64,000 bases of DNA from Acidimicrobiia bacterium. GTDB taxonomy: Bacteria > Actinomycetota > Acidimicrobiia > IMCC26256 > JAGNEX01. The position numbers and the translations under genes are program-made. The notes beneath the pieces are model-generated. The model saw only the letters and a program-made list of their open reading frames with translations. It did no database searches and was not told where the DNA came from. This document shows, piece after piece, positions 1 through 10,101 of this stretch. The first letter of the stretch is position 1; each line of letters begins with the position of its first letter. The stretch is from the NCBI GenBank assembly GCA_018003035.1, contig JAGNEX010000004.1, positions 651 to 64,650 of the forward strand, given 5' to 3'.

Positions 1-352
1 GCCTGGCGGGCCAGGCTGGGCAGGGACATGCCGCCCCCGGCGGTCAAGGTCAAGTCATCGAACTCGACAGCGACCAGTTCGCCAGCGCAACGCACCACGA
101 CGCCGTCAAACCCTGCGTCGCTCACCAGCAGATTGGACCCATTCCCTACTACCAACACCGGTACCCCGCTCTCTCCGATCGTCTGAGCGATCAGCGGGAT
201 GTCGGCAGCGCGTGACGCAACAACGACGTAGCGGGCGCGGCCTCCGACGCGGTAGGTGGTGTTCGCCCCGAACGCTGCGTCGAACGTGACGCCACCCGGT
301 AAGGCGGCCGCGAGCGTCTCAAAGAGCCGGTCGGTGCGGTCGTCGGTAGCCA
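1..352 (-). CDS. murB: UDP-N-acetylenolpyruvoylglucosamine reductase MurB, N-terminal part (gene runs off window start)
   Basis: Absent from the ORF track because it is truncated. Manual reverse translation from ATG at 352 gives MATDDRTDRLFETLAAALPGGVTFDAAFGANTTYRVGGRARYVVVASRAADIPLIAQTIGESGVPVLVVGNGSNLLVSDAGFDGVVV. This matches the MurB FAD-binding N-terminus (YRVGG, GxGSNLLVxDxGxxG). It starts 3 nt after the murC stop. Confidence 0.85.
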
Positions 353-355
353 TTG

Positions 356-1774
356 TCAAAGCGTCCCCGGATCGGCAACGCCCGACTCGATTGTGCCGAT
401 ACGCATCCACTCATCTGCAAGGCCCGTGATATCGCCAGCACCCAGCGTCAGTACGAGATCGCCCGGCCGAGCGAGCGCTCGGACAGCATCGAGCAGATGA
501 CGGCGTTCCCAAACATAGGTGACTCGCCCTTGACCGACGGCCGCTGTCGCAGCGTCGGCGACCATGCGGCCAGATATGCCCACGATCGGCTGTTCACCTG
601 CTGCGTACACATCGGTCACAACGATGTGGTCGGCCCCGGCGAGGGCCGGCCCAAAAGCTGCGCCCAGCTCTGCTGTTCGCGAGTAACGGTGTGGCTGGAA
701 GACGGCAACGATGCGACCGGCGTGACGTTCACGAGCCGCTTGAAGAACAGCGGCGACCTCGGTCGGGTGGTGGGCGTAGTCGTCGATGAGTTCGACGCCG
801 TCTACCCGGCCGCGCCGTTCGAAACGACGAGACACGCCACCGAAGCGCGCCAGCGCCTCCAGTGCTGCGGTCAGATCGACCCCGAGACGGTCGGCCATTG
901 CCAGGACGCCCGTCGCATTGAGGGCGTTGTGGATCCCGGGCACTGCCAGGTGAACAGACCAAGAGGCGTCGCCACGGGTGACGTCGAATCGTGATCCGGC
1001 CGGACCGCCACGGTAGTTGCAGAGCTGGTAGTCCGCTGTGGCACTTTGCCCATACGTGACGAAACTCTGGCCGGTCTGCTGAGCGACCTCCAAGAGGTCG
1101 CCGTCGTCCGCGCACAGCACTCGCTCCCCCGACGCTTGTTCGATGAACTGCGCAAAGGCTCGGCGCAAAGCTGCTTCGTCCCCGAAGTAGTCCATGTGTT
1201 CGGGTTCCATGTTGGTGACGAGAACGTGGTCGGAGTCCAAGGCGACGAAGGTGCCGTCGCTCTCATCGGCTTCGACGACCAGCCAACGGGAGGCACCAAA
1301 CGAAGCGTTGGTGCCCACTTCGTTGAGGTCCCCGCCAACGATGAAGGTCGGATCCCAAGAGGCGTTGCGCAGGACCAACGTCATCATCGATGACGTTGTG
1401 GTCTTGCCGTGGGTTCCGCTGATGGCGATCGTGTCGAACTGTGCCGTGATGGCGGCCAACATCGAGGCCCGCGACACGACGGGGATCCCCAACTCGCCGG
1501 CACGTGCTGTTTCCGGGTTTCCCGCTCCAATCGCAGTCGACGCAACGACGTAGTCGACGTCAGGAGCGACGTTGTCTTCAACATGCCCGACAGCGCATAC
1601 GACCCCTTGAGCCGAAAGGCGCTCCATCGGCTTGGACAACTTCAAGTCCGAGCCCGAGACCTCGTGACCCATACCGATCAGGACCGCAGCGATCGCGGAC
1701 ATGCCGACACCGCCGATGCCGACGATGTGGATCCGCGCTGGCGCGTCGAGAGCAACCGGCGTGATCTCAGGCAT
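356..1774 (-). CDS. murC: UDP-N-acetylmuramate--L-alanine ligase
   Basis: 472 aa. N-terminal IHIVGIGGVGMSAIA Rossmann segment and Mur-ligase P-loop GTHGKTTTSSM. Sits in dcw cluster context. Confidence 0.95.
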   Translation of the reverse strand: MPEITPVALDAPARIHIVGIGGVGMSAIAAVLIGMGHEVSGSDLKLSKPMERLSAQGVVCAVGHVEDNVAPDVDYVVASTAIGAGNPETARAGELGIPVVSRASMLAAITAQFDTIAISGTHGKTTTSSMMTLVLRNASWDPTFIVGGDLNEVGTNASFGASRWLVVEADESDGTFVALDSDHVLVTNMEPEHMDYFGDEAALRRAFAQFIEQASGERVLCADDGDLLEVAQQTGQSFVTYGQSATADYQLCNYRGGPAGSRFDVTRGDASWSVHLAVPGIHNALNATGVLAMADRLGVDLTAALEALARFGGVSRRFERRGRVDGVELIDDYAHHPTEVAAVLQAARERHAGRIVAVFQPHRYSRTAELGAAFGPALAGADHIVVTDVYAAGEQPIVGISGRMVADAATAAVGQGRVTYVWERRHLLDAVRALARPGDLVLTLGAGDITGLADEWMRIGTIESGVADPGTL

Positions 1775-2849
1775 TGACTTTCTCCAGGGCTATCTGTGCC
1801 AGCCGATCAGCCGCGTCGGGACGGGCCTGTTGGATAGCGCTTAGGTGCATCTTCTTCAGCGATTCGGGGTCAGCTGCGCGGTCCACTGCGTCAGAAACGC
1901 TCTGCGCCGTGCAGTCGTGGTCTGCCAACAAGATCGCGCCCCCATGATCGGAGAGCGCTCGGGCATTCCGAGTTTGGTGGTCGCCGGGGGCGCCGGGGAG
2001 CGGAACCAACACCGACGGAGTGCCCACGACTGCCAGCTCGGCCACGCTTGACGCGCCCGCCCGCCCGATCACGATGTGGGACGTGGCGTACATGTGGGCC
2101 ATGTCGTTCTCGAAGGGCCGCAACTCGTAGCTCAGCTGTCCCTGAGGTAGATCGGCTTGCAGAGCGGCCGCCGCCTTTGACACTTCGTCGAAGTTGCGCG
2201 GCCCACACGCGTGCTTCAGCACCACGTCGCGTTCGTTCCAGAGGGCGAGCAGTCCGAGCCCCGCTTCGTTCAGGGTTTTGGCGCCCAAACTTCCGCCCAC
2301 AATGCTCACATGCAGCTTTCCCTGTGGATTCCACCTTGCGGTCAGCACGTCCTCGCGGACCGGGTTGCCGACAACGATCGCTCCTGGGAGCGGTGTTTCG
2401 GGCCACGAAACCGCGGCCGTCGCGCCGAGCCGTACCGCGATGCGGTTGACCGCGCCGACGACAGCATTCTGTTCGTGGATCATCATCGGGATGCGCATCG
2501 ACTTCGCCGCAAAGATGGTCGGCGCAGACGCGTAACCGCCGAAGCCGACCACGAGGCTGGGAGGCTGACGTTTCAGAATCTTGCGAGCAAGGCGCGTCGC
2601 CTTCAGCGTCGTGCCAGCGTTCTTGGCGTTCTCCCAGTCAAGCCGTCGGGGAAACCCGCGCCCCGGAAGAAGGTCGACGGAAAAGCCCCGTTCGGGGATG
2701 ACCGTCGCTTCCAAACCTCGCTCGGCGCCGATGAAGCGAATCGACTCGGCTAGAACACCTTTGCGCTGCAGCGCCTCGGCGAACGCAAGCGCTGGAAAGA
2801 GATGGCCGCCGGTCCCACCGCCGGTAATGACGAAGCTGGGGGACGTCAT
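1767..2849 (-). CDS. murG: Lipid II-forming UDP-GlcNAc transferase MurG
   Basis: 360 aa. N-terminal GGGTGGHLFPALA motif and GT28 architecture. dcw context; 8-nt overlap with murC. Confidence 0.95.
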   Translation of the reverse strand: MTSPSFVITGGGTGGHLFPALAFAEALQRKGVLAESIRFIGAERGLEATVIPERGFSVDLLPGRGFPRRLDWENAKNAGTTLKATRLARKILKRQPPSLVVGFGGYASAPTIFAAKSMRIPMMIHEQNAVVGAVNRIAVRLGATAAVSWPETPLPGAIVVGNPVREDVLTARWNPQGKLHVSIVGGSLGAKTLNEAGLGLLALWNERDVVLKHACGPRNFDEVSKAAAALQADLPQGQLSYELRPFENDMAHMYATSHIVIGRAGASSVAELAVVGTPSVLVPLPGAPGDHQTRNARALSDHGGAILLADHDCTAQSVSDAVDRAADPESLKKMHLSAIQQARPDAADRLAQIALEKVNA

Positions 2850-4717
2850 CGCCCTCGCCGCCTTACGTTTGGCGCATCGTCTTGGGGACGGATTGCCTTG
2901 ACCAACTTGGCTTGCCAGGTGCTCAACGGCTTTGGCTGACCCGACGACGGCACCGCGTCAAGTTCCGTCGGACGTCCAGCGCCGCGAGCGCTGGGACGCG
3001 CTGCCTTGACGACAGAACCGCTGGGCGAAGTCCGATTGCGATTGCGATCTACCATTGGCTCCGAGGGCCCGTCGAAGGATCGCCGAAGATCAGCGCTGCC
3101 GCGCGGGGCGGACGAACGACGAACCTGCAAATCACTTGCGGCGCGCCGGGACGACACCCGGGGGTCTCGGATTCGACCCGGGCGTTGGGCAATCGATGGA
3201 CGTTCCCCATCCCGCGTCGTCCGACCACCAGCGCTTGGACGGCGTTCACCCGAGCCGGCCGACGTCGGACGAGGACGACGGCGTTCAGAGGAACTGACAT
3301 CGCGGTGGGCGTCGCCACGGGTCGCGGTTCGCCGCTCCTCTTCAGCTTCCGCATCGACCAGGCTGCGACCAACGCTGCGAACCGCGCCCTTGGAGAGGAC
3401 GACCGCGCCTCCGAGGCTTTCTCGAAGGGACCGGCGCTTCACCTTCGGACGCGGCGGAGCGGCCGGCTCGTGGAGTGGGTTGCCCTCCCCGATCCCTTGA
3501 CCGCGTGCCGCAGGTTGGCGAGCAACGTTGAGGATGATTCCCATGGCCGCAAGGGTCATGAACACGGACGTGCCGCCGTAGCTGATGAACGGAAGCGGCA
3601 CACCGGTGGGCGGACCAACGCCGAGGGTCACGCTCATGTGCACGGCGGCCTGAAAGACGACCACCAGGGTCAGGCCTGCGGCAAGAAGTCCGCCGAATCG
3701 GTCAGAGGCGCGAGCGGCCGTCACGAAACCGAAGACGGCAAGGGCCGAGAGCGTCAGAATCACGCCGAGAGTTCCGATCAGCCCGAGTTGCTCGCCGATG
3801 AACGCAAACATGAAGTCGGACTCGACATTGGGCAAAAAGCTATGTTTCGCCAGCACGTTTCCAGCGCCCACACCGTTGACACCGCCGGATTGAACCGCGA
3901 CGAGGGACTGCAGCGAGTTCCATCCGTCTCCGAGAGGATCACGCGCGGGGTCGAGGAGCACCATGAGACGTTCGCGGCGGTATGGCTCAAAGTAGGCAAG
4001 CGCACCGCCGGAGAGGCCGAGCAACCCGGACACGATGGCCATCTCTTTGAGCCGCACGCCTGCCAGGAACAGGACCGAAAGACCGGCCACAGCGATGATG
4101 ATCGCGGTTGCCAAGTCCTTTTGAAGTACGACGATCGAGGCCAGACCAAGGGATGCCATGAGACCGGGGACCAAGACCGACCGAACGTCTGAGGAATCCC
4201 GGGTGGCTGAACCACCGAGCGCTGCCATGGAAATCACGAGGGCCAACTTGGCGAACTCAGACGGCTGGAAGCTGAACGGTCCCAGTTCGATCCAGCGGGT
4301 TGCACCGAACTTCGTCGAGCCGAGCCCGGGCAGAAACACCGCAAACAAACACACCGCTGCGAGCACGACGAGGGCCACGCGAAAACGGGCGAGCCGGTGG
4401 TAGTCGATGTGCGCGAGCACGTACATGGCGACCAGACCGCTCGCAGCGAAGAGCAGTTGGCGCAGGAACATTGCGTACTCAGACCCGAAGGTGTCAAAGG
4501 ACTTCACCGAGGACGCTGACAAGACAAACAGCAGTCCCGAGATCGTAAGCGCACACACCAGACCGGCCAGGACTACCGCATTGACCGGCCAAGGGGCGGA
4601 CTCGCCGCGTGTCCGCGAACGGAGGGCAGCTACACGGCCCCTCATCGCGAGTCCGGCGTTCCGCACGCGTCCGAGGATCGCGGGCGGCGCGGGCCGCGCT
4701 GAAACGTTGGTACTCAT
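2846..4717 (-). CDS. ftsW: SEDS-family cell-division protein FtsW with a roughly 200-aa basic disordered C-terminal tail
   Basis: 623 aa. Polytopic membrane core containing the PSEFAKLALVI SEDS motif. Lies between murD and murG. Residues from about 416 to 623 are Arg/Ser/Pro/Gly-rich and non-membrane. Confidence 0.9.
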   Translation of the reverse strand: MSTNVSARPAPPAILGRVRNAGLAMRGRVAALRSRTRGESAPWPVNAVVLAGLVCALTISGLLFVLSASSVKSFDTFGSEYAMFLRQLLFAASGLVAMYVLAHIDYHRLARFRVALVVLAAVCLFAVFLPGLGSTKFGATRWIELGPFSFQPSEFAKLALVISMAALGGSATRDSSDVRSVLVPGLMASLGLASIVVLQKDLATAIIIAVAGLSVLFLAGVRLKEMAIVSGLLGLSGGALAYFEPYRRERLMVLLDPARDPLGDGWNSLQSLVAVQSGGVNGVGAGNVLAKHSFLPNVESDFMFAFIGEQLGLIGTLGVILTLSALAVFGFVTAARASDRFGGLLAAGLTLVVVFQAAVHMSVTLGVGPPTGVPLPFISYGGTSVFMTLAAMGIILNVARQPAARGQGIGEGNPLHEPAAPPRPKVKRRSLRESLGGAVVLSKGAVRSVGRSLVDAEAEEERRTATRGDAHRDVSSSERRRPRPTSAGSGERRPSAGGRTTRDGERPSIAQRPGRIRDPRVSSRRAASDLQVRRSSAPRGSADLRRSFDGPSEPMVDRNRNRTSPSGSVVKAARPSARGAGRPTELDAVPSSGQPKPLSTWQAKLVKAIRPQDDAPNVRRRGR

Positions 4718-6150
4718 CGTTCCTCCAATGAGGCAATGCCTGGTTCTGGGCCGCGCGGACTTGGCTGGAGCAGCCAGGTCTGCACGGCGCGTTCAAAATC
4801 GTTTCCACGTTCGGCGTAACTGCGATACCAGTCAAAGGAGGCGCACGCCGGCGAGAGCAAGACGGTGTCGCCCGCCTTGGCTAAAGCGGCCGCAGCCTTC
4901 ACGGCCGCATCCATCGAATCGGCTGCACGGAAGGGTTTTCCGAGCGCCGCAGCAACGGCTTCGACCTCCGGTGATGCCTCACCGATTCCGATGAGAGCTC
5001 GTATTCGGCTGCCTTCGTCTGCCAACACACCGAGGTCGAGACCTTTGTTGCGCCCACCGGCGATCAACACCACCGAGTCAAACGTTGCGATCGCGTTCAC
5101 TGCAGCGTGCGGATTCGTTGCTTTGGAGTCATCTATCCAACGGACCTGGTCGACGTGGGCGACCAGCGCGACCCGGTGAGCGAGCCCGGTAAATGACGCC
5201 GCAGTCTGGGTGATCCCATCGACGGTGCCCCCCATGTGCCAGGCGGCCGTCCCGGCTGCTACCAAGTTGACGCGATCGATCGGGGTTTGACGGGCGATTT
5301 CATCGACCGTCATGACTGGTGTGCCGTCTAGCAGCAGATCTGAGTCCACCCACTCGACACCCGCTGCTGGGCCGCCCACGACATCACCAGCGCGGCGCGA
5401 GAAGCCGAACCGCTGCGCGGGTGACTCCTGGACCATACCGAGTACGACGGAATCTTCTGACGGGTACACGACGAGGTCATCTGGACTCTGTCCCGTCACG
5501 ATGCGGGCTTTCGCTGCTGCGTAGTCGGCGAGATCCGCATGCCAGTCGTAGTGGTCAGCTGCGATGTTGGTGATGACAGCAACTCGTGGTGCCAGTCGGG
5601 CCGTGGTGGCAAGCTGAAACGATGACGCTTCGAGGACGACCGCAGTGTCGGCGGTCGTCTCTGGCGCAGACACCACGTCGATCAGCGCGGTGCCGATGTT
5701 GCCGGCAGGCCGACTGTCGACGCCGGAAGCACGCAGCATCTCGTCGATAAGGGTCGTCACCGTTGTTTTGCCGTTCGTTCCGGTCACGGCGACGAGAGCC
5801 ATCGAGGTTCTGTCGAGGCCGAACCGCTCTTCCCAGACGCGAAGCGCAAATTCGATCTCACCGATCAGTTCGACAGCACGGTCTGTCGCAGCGGCAAAGA
5901 TTGGGTGTTGCGGCGTAACGCCGGGGCTGACGACGACCAGATCGGCTTCGGTCACCAGCGCATGCCAGTCCGTCACCGGTGCAACGAAAGCGACTCCGTC
6001 ATCAAGGCCGCCGGGACGGGGCCGCGCGGAATCATCGGCCAACGTCGCCTGGCGCCCAGTAGTCGAGCCGCAGACTGCGCGAGCGACCGCCAGACCGGTC
6101 ACACCCGCACCGACAATCAGGACTTTGGTGCCGAGCGAACCGTTGTTCAT
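4714..6150 (-). CDS. murD: UDP-N-acetylmuramoylalanine--D-glutamate ligase
   Basis: 478 aa. N-terminal VLIVGAGVTGLAVA segment and P-loop VTGTNGKTTVTTL. dcw context. Confidence 0.95.
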   Translation of the reverse strand: MNNGSLGTKVLIVGAGVTGLAVARAVCGSTTGRQATLADDSARPRPGGLDDGVAFVAPVTDWHALVTEADLVVVSPGVTPQHPIFAAATDRAVELIGEIEFALRVWEERFGLDRTSMALVAVTGTNGKTTVTTLIDEMLRASGVDSRPAGNIGTALIDVVSAPETTADTAVVLEASSFQLATTARLAPRVAVITNIAADHYDWHADLADYAAAKARIVTGQSPDDLVVYPSEDSVVLGMVQESPAQRFGFSRRAGDVVGGPAAGVEWVDSDLLLDGTPVMTVDEIARQTPIDRVNLVAAGTAAWHMGGTVDGITQTAASFTGLAHRVALVAHVDQVRWIDDSKATNPHAAVNAIATFDSVVLIAGGRNKGLDLGVLADEGSRIRALIGIGEASPEVEAVAAALGKPFRAADSMDAAVKAAAALAKAGDTVLLSPACASFDWYRSYAERGNDFERAVQTWLLQPSPRGPEPGIASLEER

Positions 6151-7184
6151 CGCAGAGCTCCGGTGTTCACGAAGTCGGCATAGAACAAGCCGACCCCGGT
6201 TCCGACGCAGATCCCAGCGATGATCCAGAAGCGAACGATGACCGTCGTTTCAGGCCAGCCGGACAGTTCAAAGTGGTGATGGATTGGGGCCATCTTGAAG
6301 ATCCGCTTACCGGTCATCCGGAACGACACGATCTGAAGGACGACCGACATCGTCTCAAGCACGTACAGGCCGCCGAGGACAGGCAGCAGCAGTTGAGTTT
6401 CGGTGACGATTGCCAGGCCCGCCATAGCTCCGCCGAGGGCGAGTGACCCGGTGTCACCCATAAAAATCCGAGCGGGGGCAGCGTTCCACCACAGGAACCC
6501 CGCGCAGGCTCCTACCATCGAGGCGGCGACGATGGCGACGTCGGCGGCGGACTCCGAACTGATGCCATACACATCGGTGTTACCGGCCTGCCAGAAGCTG
6601 ATGAAGGTAAAGGCAGCGAACACCATGGCCGCGGATCCGGTCGCAAGACCGTCGAGTCCGTCGGTGAGGTTCACGGCGTTGGACGAACCAACGATCATGA
6701 TCATGGCCCACACAAAGAACGCGATCTCACCAAGATCGAGGTACGTCTCCCGGGTGAACGACACCGAGGTTGAGGTATCGGTCAGCCAGAGGAGAGAGGC
6801 GCTAAAAAGGGCCGCGACCGCTACGAGGCCGGCGCTTTTACCCTTCTTGTTGAGCCCCATATTGCGCCCGCGTCGGATTGCCAGGGCGTCGTCGGCAAAC
6901 CCGACCAGGCTCATGCCGACGATCAGACCAACCAAGGCCAGACCCGTACTCGAAAATCCGTCGAGGCCGCTACGGATGTGTACGAACAAGTAGGCCAAGA
7001 CGGCACTGACGACGATCGCTACACCACCCATGGTCGGAGTCCCCGCCTTGGTCAGGTGGCCGGCAGGACCGTCTTCTCGGATTGGCTGACCAATCCGACG
7101 GGCCTCCAAGGTCTTGATCAGAAACGACGTTCCCGCCAGGCTCAGACCCATTGCCACAGCGACCGCAATCAGAAGCGAAATCAT
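6147..7184 (-). CDS. mraY: Phospho-N-acetylmuramoyl-pentapeptide transferase
   Basis: 345 aa polytopic membrane protein with NLTDGLDGLA and MGDTGSLALGG motifs. Confidence 0.97.
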   Translation of the reverse strand: MISLLIAVAVAMGLSLAGTSFLIKTLEARRIGQPIREDGPAGHLTKAGTPTMGGVAIVVSAVLAYLFVHIRSGLDGFSSTGLALVGLIVGMSLVGFADDALAIRRGRNMGLNKKGKSAGLVAVAALFSASLLWLTDTSTSVSFTRETYLDLGEIAFFVWAMIMIVGSSNAVNLTDGLDGLATGSAAMVFAAFTFISFWQAGNTDVYGISSESAADVAIVAASMVGACAGFLWWNAAPARIFMGDTGSLALGGAMAGLAIVTETQLLLPVLGGLYVLETMSVVLQIVSFRMTGKRIFKMAPIHHHFELSGWPETTVIVRFWIIAGICVGTGVGLFYADFVNTGALR

Positions 7185-8572
7185 GAACTCGCGCCTTCCC
7201 TCAACATGGCGGCAACGGCGCGTTCCAACCCACTGGCGCGACTCGCCTTGACGAGGACCGCATCCCCAGACGCGATCTCGGCGGCGAGTGCTTCACCGGC
7301 ATCGAGTGCCGAGGCAAAGGTCATGACTTCCAGACCCAACGCCCGACCGCGTTCTATGGCTGCAAGAGCCCCATCGCCAACGACGACCAGAAGGTCGACG
7401 CCCGCCGCCCTCGCTTGATCGGCCACGAGGCTATGCACTTGGCTGCTGAGTGCACCCATTTCGGCGATCTCGCCAAGGACCAGGATGCGACGGCCAGCCA
7501 CGGACATATCGGCAAGGGTCTCCAGAGCCGCAGCCACGGATTCCGGATTTGCGTTGTACGCATCATTGATGACGACGGCACCTGAGCGTGAGGTGCTGAT
7601 CTCCATCCGCCACCTGCTCGCCGCTGCCTCAGAAATGCCGTAGAGGACGCCGTCGAGGTCGCGACCCATGCTGAGGCCGGCCGCGATCGCAGCCAATGCA
7701 TTCGACACCTGGTGGCGCCCGACGAGCGGCACGGCCAACCGGCCGGTACCCCAAGGCGACTGGACAACGCACCGGGTGGTCAAGTCTGGCTGCACTTCGA
7801 GGTCGACTGCCCGGACGTCTGCTCCCCGCGCCTCGCCGAAGGTCACAAAGCCAGCGCGGGTTCGCTGACGCCAGCTCGGCAGGTACGGGCTAGCGAACGG
7901 CGCAACGGCGGTGCCTCCTGACGGCAGCGCTTCGAAGAGTTCTCCTTTAGCTTGTGCGATCGTGTCCTGATCGCCGAACTCCCCGATGTGGGCCCTTCCG
8001 ATGTTGGTGATGATCCCCACCGACGGTTCGGCGATGTCTGCAAGGTAGGCAACGTCGCCAACCTTGCGGGCACCCATCTCGGCGACCACAACTTCGACGC
8101 CACGCGGGGCGTTGATCAGCGTTAACGGCAGACCGATCTCATTGTTGAACGACCCTTCGCTGGCTACGACCGAGCCGCCTTCGGCCAGCGCCGCAGCGAG
8201 GAGATCCTTGGTCGAGGTCTTTCCCGCAGAGCCGGTGACACCGATGACGCTGCGCACTTCAGCGCGAGCCAGATGACCCCATCGGCCGAGAACTGCGTCG
8301 GTATCGTCGACCTCGAGCAGCGGGCCGCCACCGACATCTGCGTCTCGCCGCACCACACAGACGGCGGCACCCCGCCGCCACGCTTCGTCGACAAAGTCGT
8401 GACCGTCACGTTCACCTTGGAGCGCGACGAACGCTTGTCCGGGGCGAAGCCGGCGCGTATCGATGTCCGCCCCGTCAACGAGGTGTCGCTCCAAACGGGG
8501 GCCGCTACCGGCCAGGTCGAGTGTGATCGTGCCGCTCAGAGCTTCGGCCAGGAAGTCAAGATCGAACATCAT
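7181..8572 (-). CDS. murF: UDP-MurNAc-tripeptide--D-Ala-D-Ala ligase
   Basis: 463 aa. Mur-ligase P-loop GVTGSAGKTSTKDL. Lies between murE and mraY. Confidence 0.93.
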   Translation of the reverse strand: MMFDLDFLAEALSGTITLDLAGSGPRLERHLVDGADIDTRRLRPGQAFVALQGERDGHDFVDEAWRRGAAVCVVRRDADVGGGPLLEVDDTDAVLGRWGHLARAEVRSVIGVTGSAGKTSTKDLLAAALAEGGSVVASEGSFNNEIGLPLTLINAPRGVEVVVAEMGARKVGDVAYLADIAEPSVGIITNIGRAHIGEFGDQDTIAQAKGELFEALPSGGTAVAPFASPYLPSWRQRTRAGFVTFGEARGADVRAVDLEVQPDLTTRCVVQSPWGTGRLAVPLVGRHQVSNALAAIAAGLSMGRDLDGVLYGISEAAASRWRMEISTSRSGAVVINDAYNANPESVAAALETLADMSVAGRRILVLGEIAEMGALSSQVHSLVADQARAAGVDLLVVVGDGALAAIERGRALGLEVMTFASALDAGEALAAEIASGDAVLVKASRASGLERAVAAMLREGASS

Positions 8573-10101
8573 GTTGCGATCTCCTCTGCCACCGCCCGAA
8601 CAACGTCTCTGTCGTCGAAGGGAACAACGATCTTGCCGATGATCTGACCGGTCTCGTGGCCCTTACCTGCGACGACGACCATGTCCCCCGCCTGGGCCCG
8701 GAGCAACGCTTCTGCGATCGCACGCCGCCGGTCCGGCTGTACCGTGACATCAGGATGCGCCGAGAGTTCCGTGCTGGTGAGGATGTCGTCGATGATTGCG
8801 CTCGGGTCCTCAGAGCGAGGGTTGTCCGACGTCACGATCACCACGTCGGCATGGGTGGCGACCGCGGTCCCCATGAGCGGTCGCTTGAGCTTGTCGCGAT
8901 CGCCGCCGCAACCGAAGACGCAGATGACCTGACCAACGGGGGTCAGTTCTTGAGCGGAGCTGAGGACGTGGGTAAGGCCGTCGGGCGTGTGGGCGAAGTC
9001 GACGACCACCGTGTATGGGCGGTCGAGCTCGACGGGCTCCATACGGCCGGGCACCCGCGCAGCCCCAGAGATGCCCGAGAAGATGTCGGACCACTCGATA
9101 CCGACCGCACGGGCAAGCCCGATCGCCATCGCAGCGTTGGCCACGTTGAAACTGCCTAACAACGACGTGCTCACGTATCGGGGTTCAGAATCCTCGACCG
9201 CGGTGAACTCTGTTGCTTCTCGAAGCGTAAAGGTCGTTCCAGTCTGGGCGAGTAGGACGTCTTCGATCTTGAGAGTGGCGTCTGGGAGCGTCCCGACCTT
9301 GGTCACAGCCATCGTGTTATCCGCCTGTGCGGCGACTTGCTCCGCCAGCTTCTTACCCCACGGCGAGTCGACGAAGACGACGCCACGACGCGAGTAGCCG
9401 TCGGTAAAGAGCATCGCCTTCGCGGCGAAATAGCTGTCGAGATCACCGTGATAGTCAAGGTGGTCGTGACTTAGGTTGGTAAAGCCGACCGCGGCGAAAG
9501 TCGTCCCTGCGACACGTCCTTGCGCGAGGGCGTGTGAGGACACCTCCATAGCGACGTCGGTGACCCCGTCTTCGGACATGGTCGCCAGCCATGACTGGAG
9601 TTCAGGCGCTTCTGGGGTCGTGAAATCGGCCTTGGACGACACACCGTTGATCGTGATGCCGATGGTCCCGATGGTGCCGCGGCTCCTGCGCCCCGCTTGG
9701 TAGATCGCATCCAACAAATGCACGACGGTGGACTTACCGTTGGTCCCTGTCACGCCGACGACACGCATCGACTGCGAAGGATTGCCGGCAACGGTGGCCG
9801 CAACTGGACCCAGGGCGCGTCGCACGTCGTTGACGATGATCTGAGCAACATCCAGATCGAGTTCCGCATTGGTGAGCACCGCCGTTGCGCCGCGTTGAAC
9901 CGCATCGGCAGCGAACTGAGATCCATCAAAGTTGTCGCCACTGACACAGGCAAAGAGGTCGTCAGCGTGTACTCGACGAGAGTCCATATTCACGCCACGG
10001 ACTCGCGCCGAGGTATCGCCGATGATGCGGACGACGCCCAGCGCGGGCCACCCGCAGCGTTCGACCAGTTCAGCGACGGTGATCGCGTGGGGCGTCATCA
10101 T
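8569..10101 (-). CDS. murE: UDP-MurNAc-L-Ala-D-Glu--2,6-diaminopimelate ligase
   Basis: 510 aa. P-loop GVTGTNGKSTVVHL. The C-terminal DNPR motif (TSDNPRSEDP) is typical of meso-DAP-adding MurE. Confidence 0.95.
   Translation of the reverse strand: MMTPHAITVAELVERCGWPALGVVRIIGDTSARVRGVNMDSRRVHADDLFACVSGDNFDGSQFAADAVQRGATAVLTNAELDLDVAQIIVNDVRRALGPVAATVAGNPSQSMRVVGVTGTNGKSTVVHLLDAIYQAGRRSRGTIGTIGITINGVSSKADFTTPEAPELQSWLATMSEDGVTDVAMEVSSHALAQGRVAGTTFAAVGFTNLSHDHLDYHGDLDSYFAAKAMLFTDGYSRRGVVFVDSPWGKKLAEQVAAQADNTMAVTKVGTLPDATLKIEDVLLAQTGTTFTLREATEFTAVEDSEPRYVSTSLLGSFNVANAAMAIGLARAVGIEWSDIFSGISGAARVPGRMEPVELDRPYTVVVDFAHTPDGLTHVLSSAQELTPVGQVICVFGCGGDRDKLKRPLMGTAVATHADVVIVTSDNPRSEDPSAIIDDILTSTELSAHPDVTVQPDRRRAIAEALLRAQAGDMVVVAGKGHETGQIIGKIVVPFDDRDVVRAVAEEIAT

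Noticed and set aside
353-994. 213-aa plus-strand ORF antisense to murC
   Set aside because: It lies entirely within murC on the opposite strand and has no motifs.
2882-4192. 436-aa plus-strand ORF antisense to ftsW
   Set aside because: The translation is Arg/Gly/His-rich low complexity. It is fully antisense to a recognisable SEDS protein, a typical shadow ORF in GC-rich DNA.
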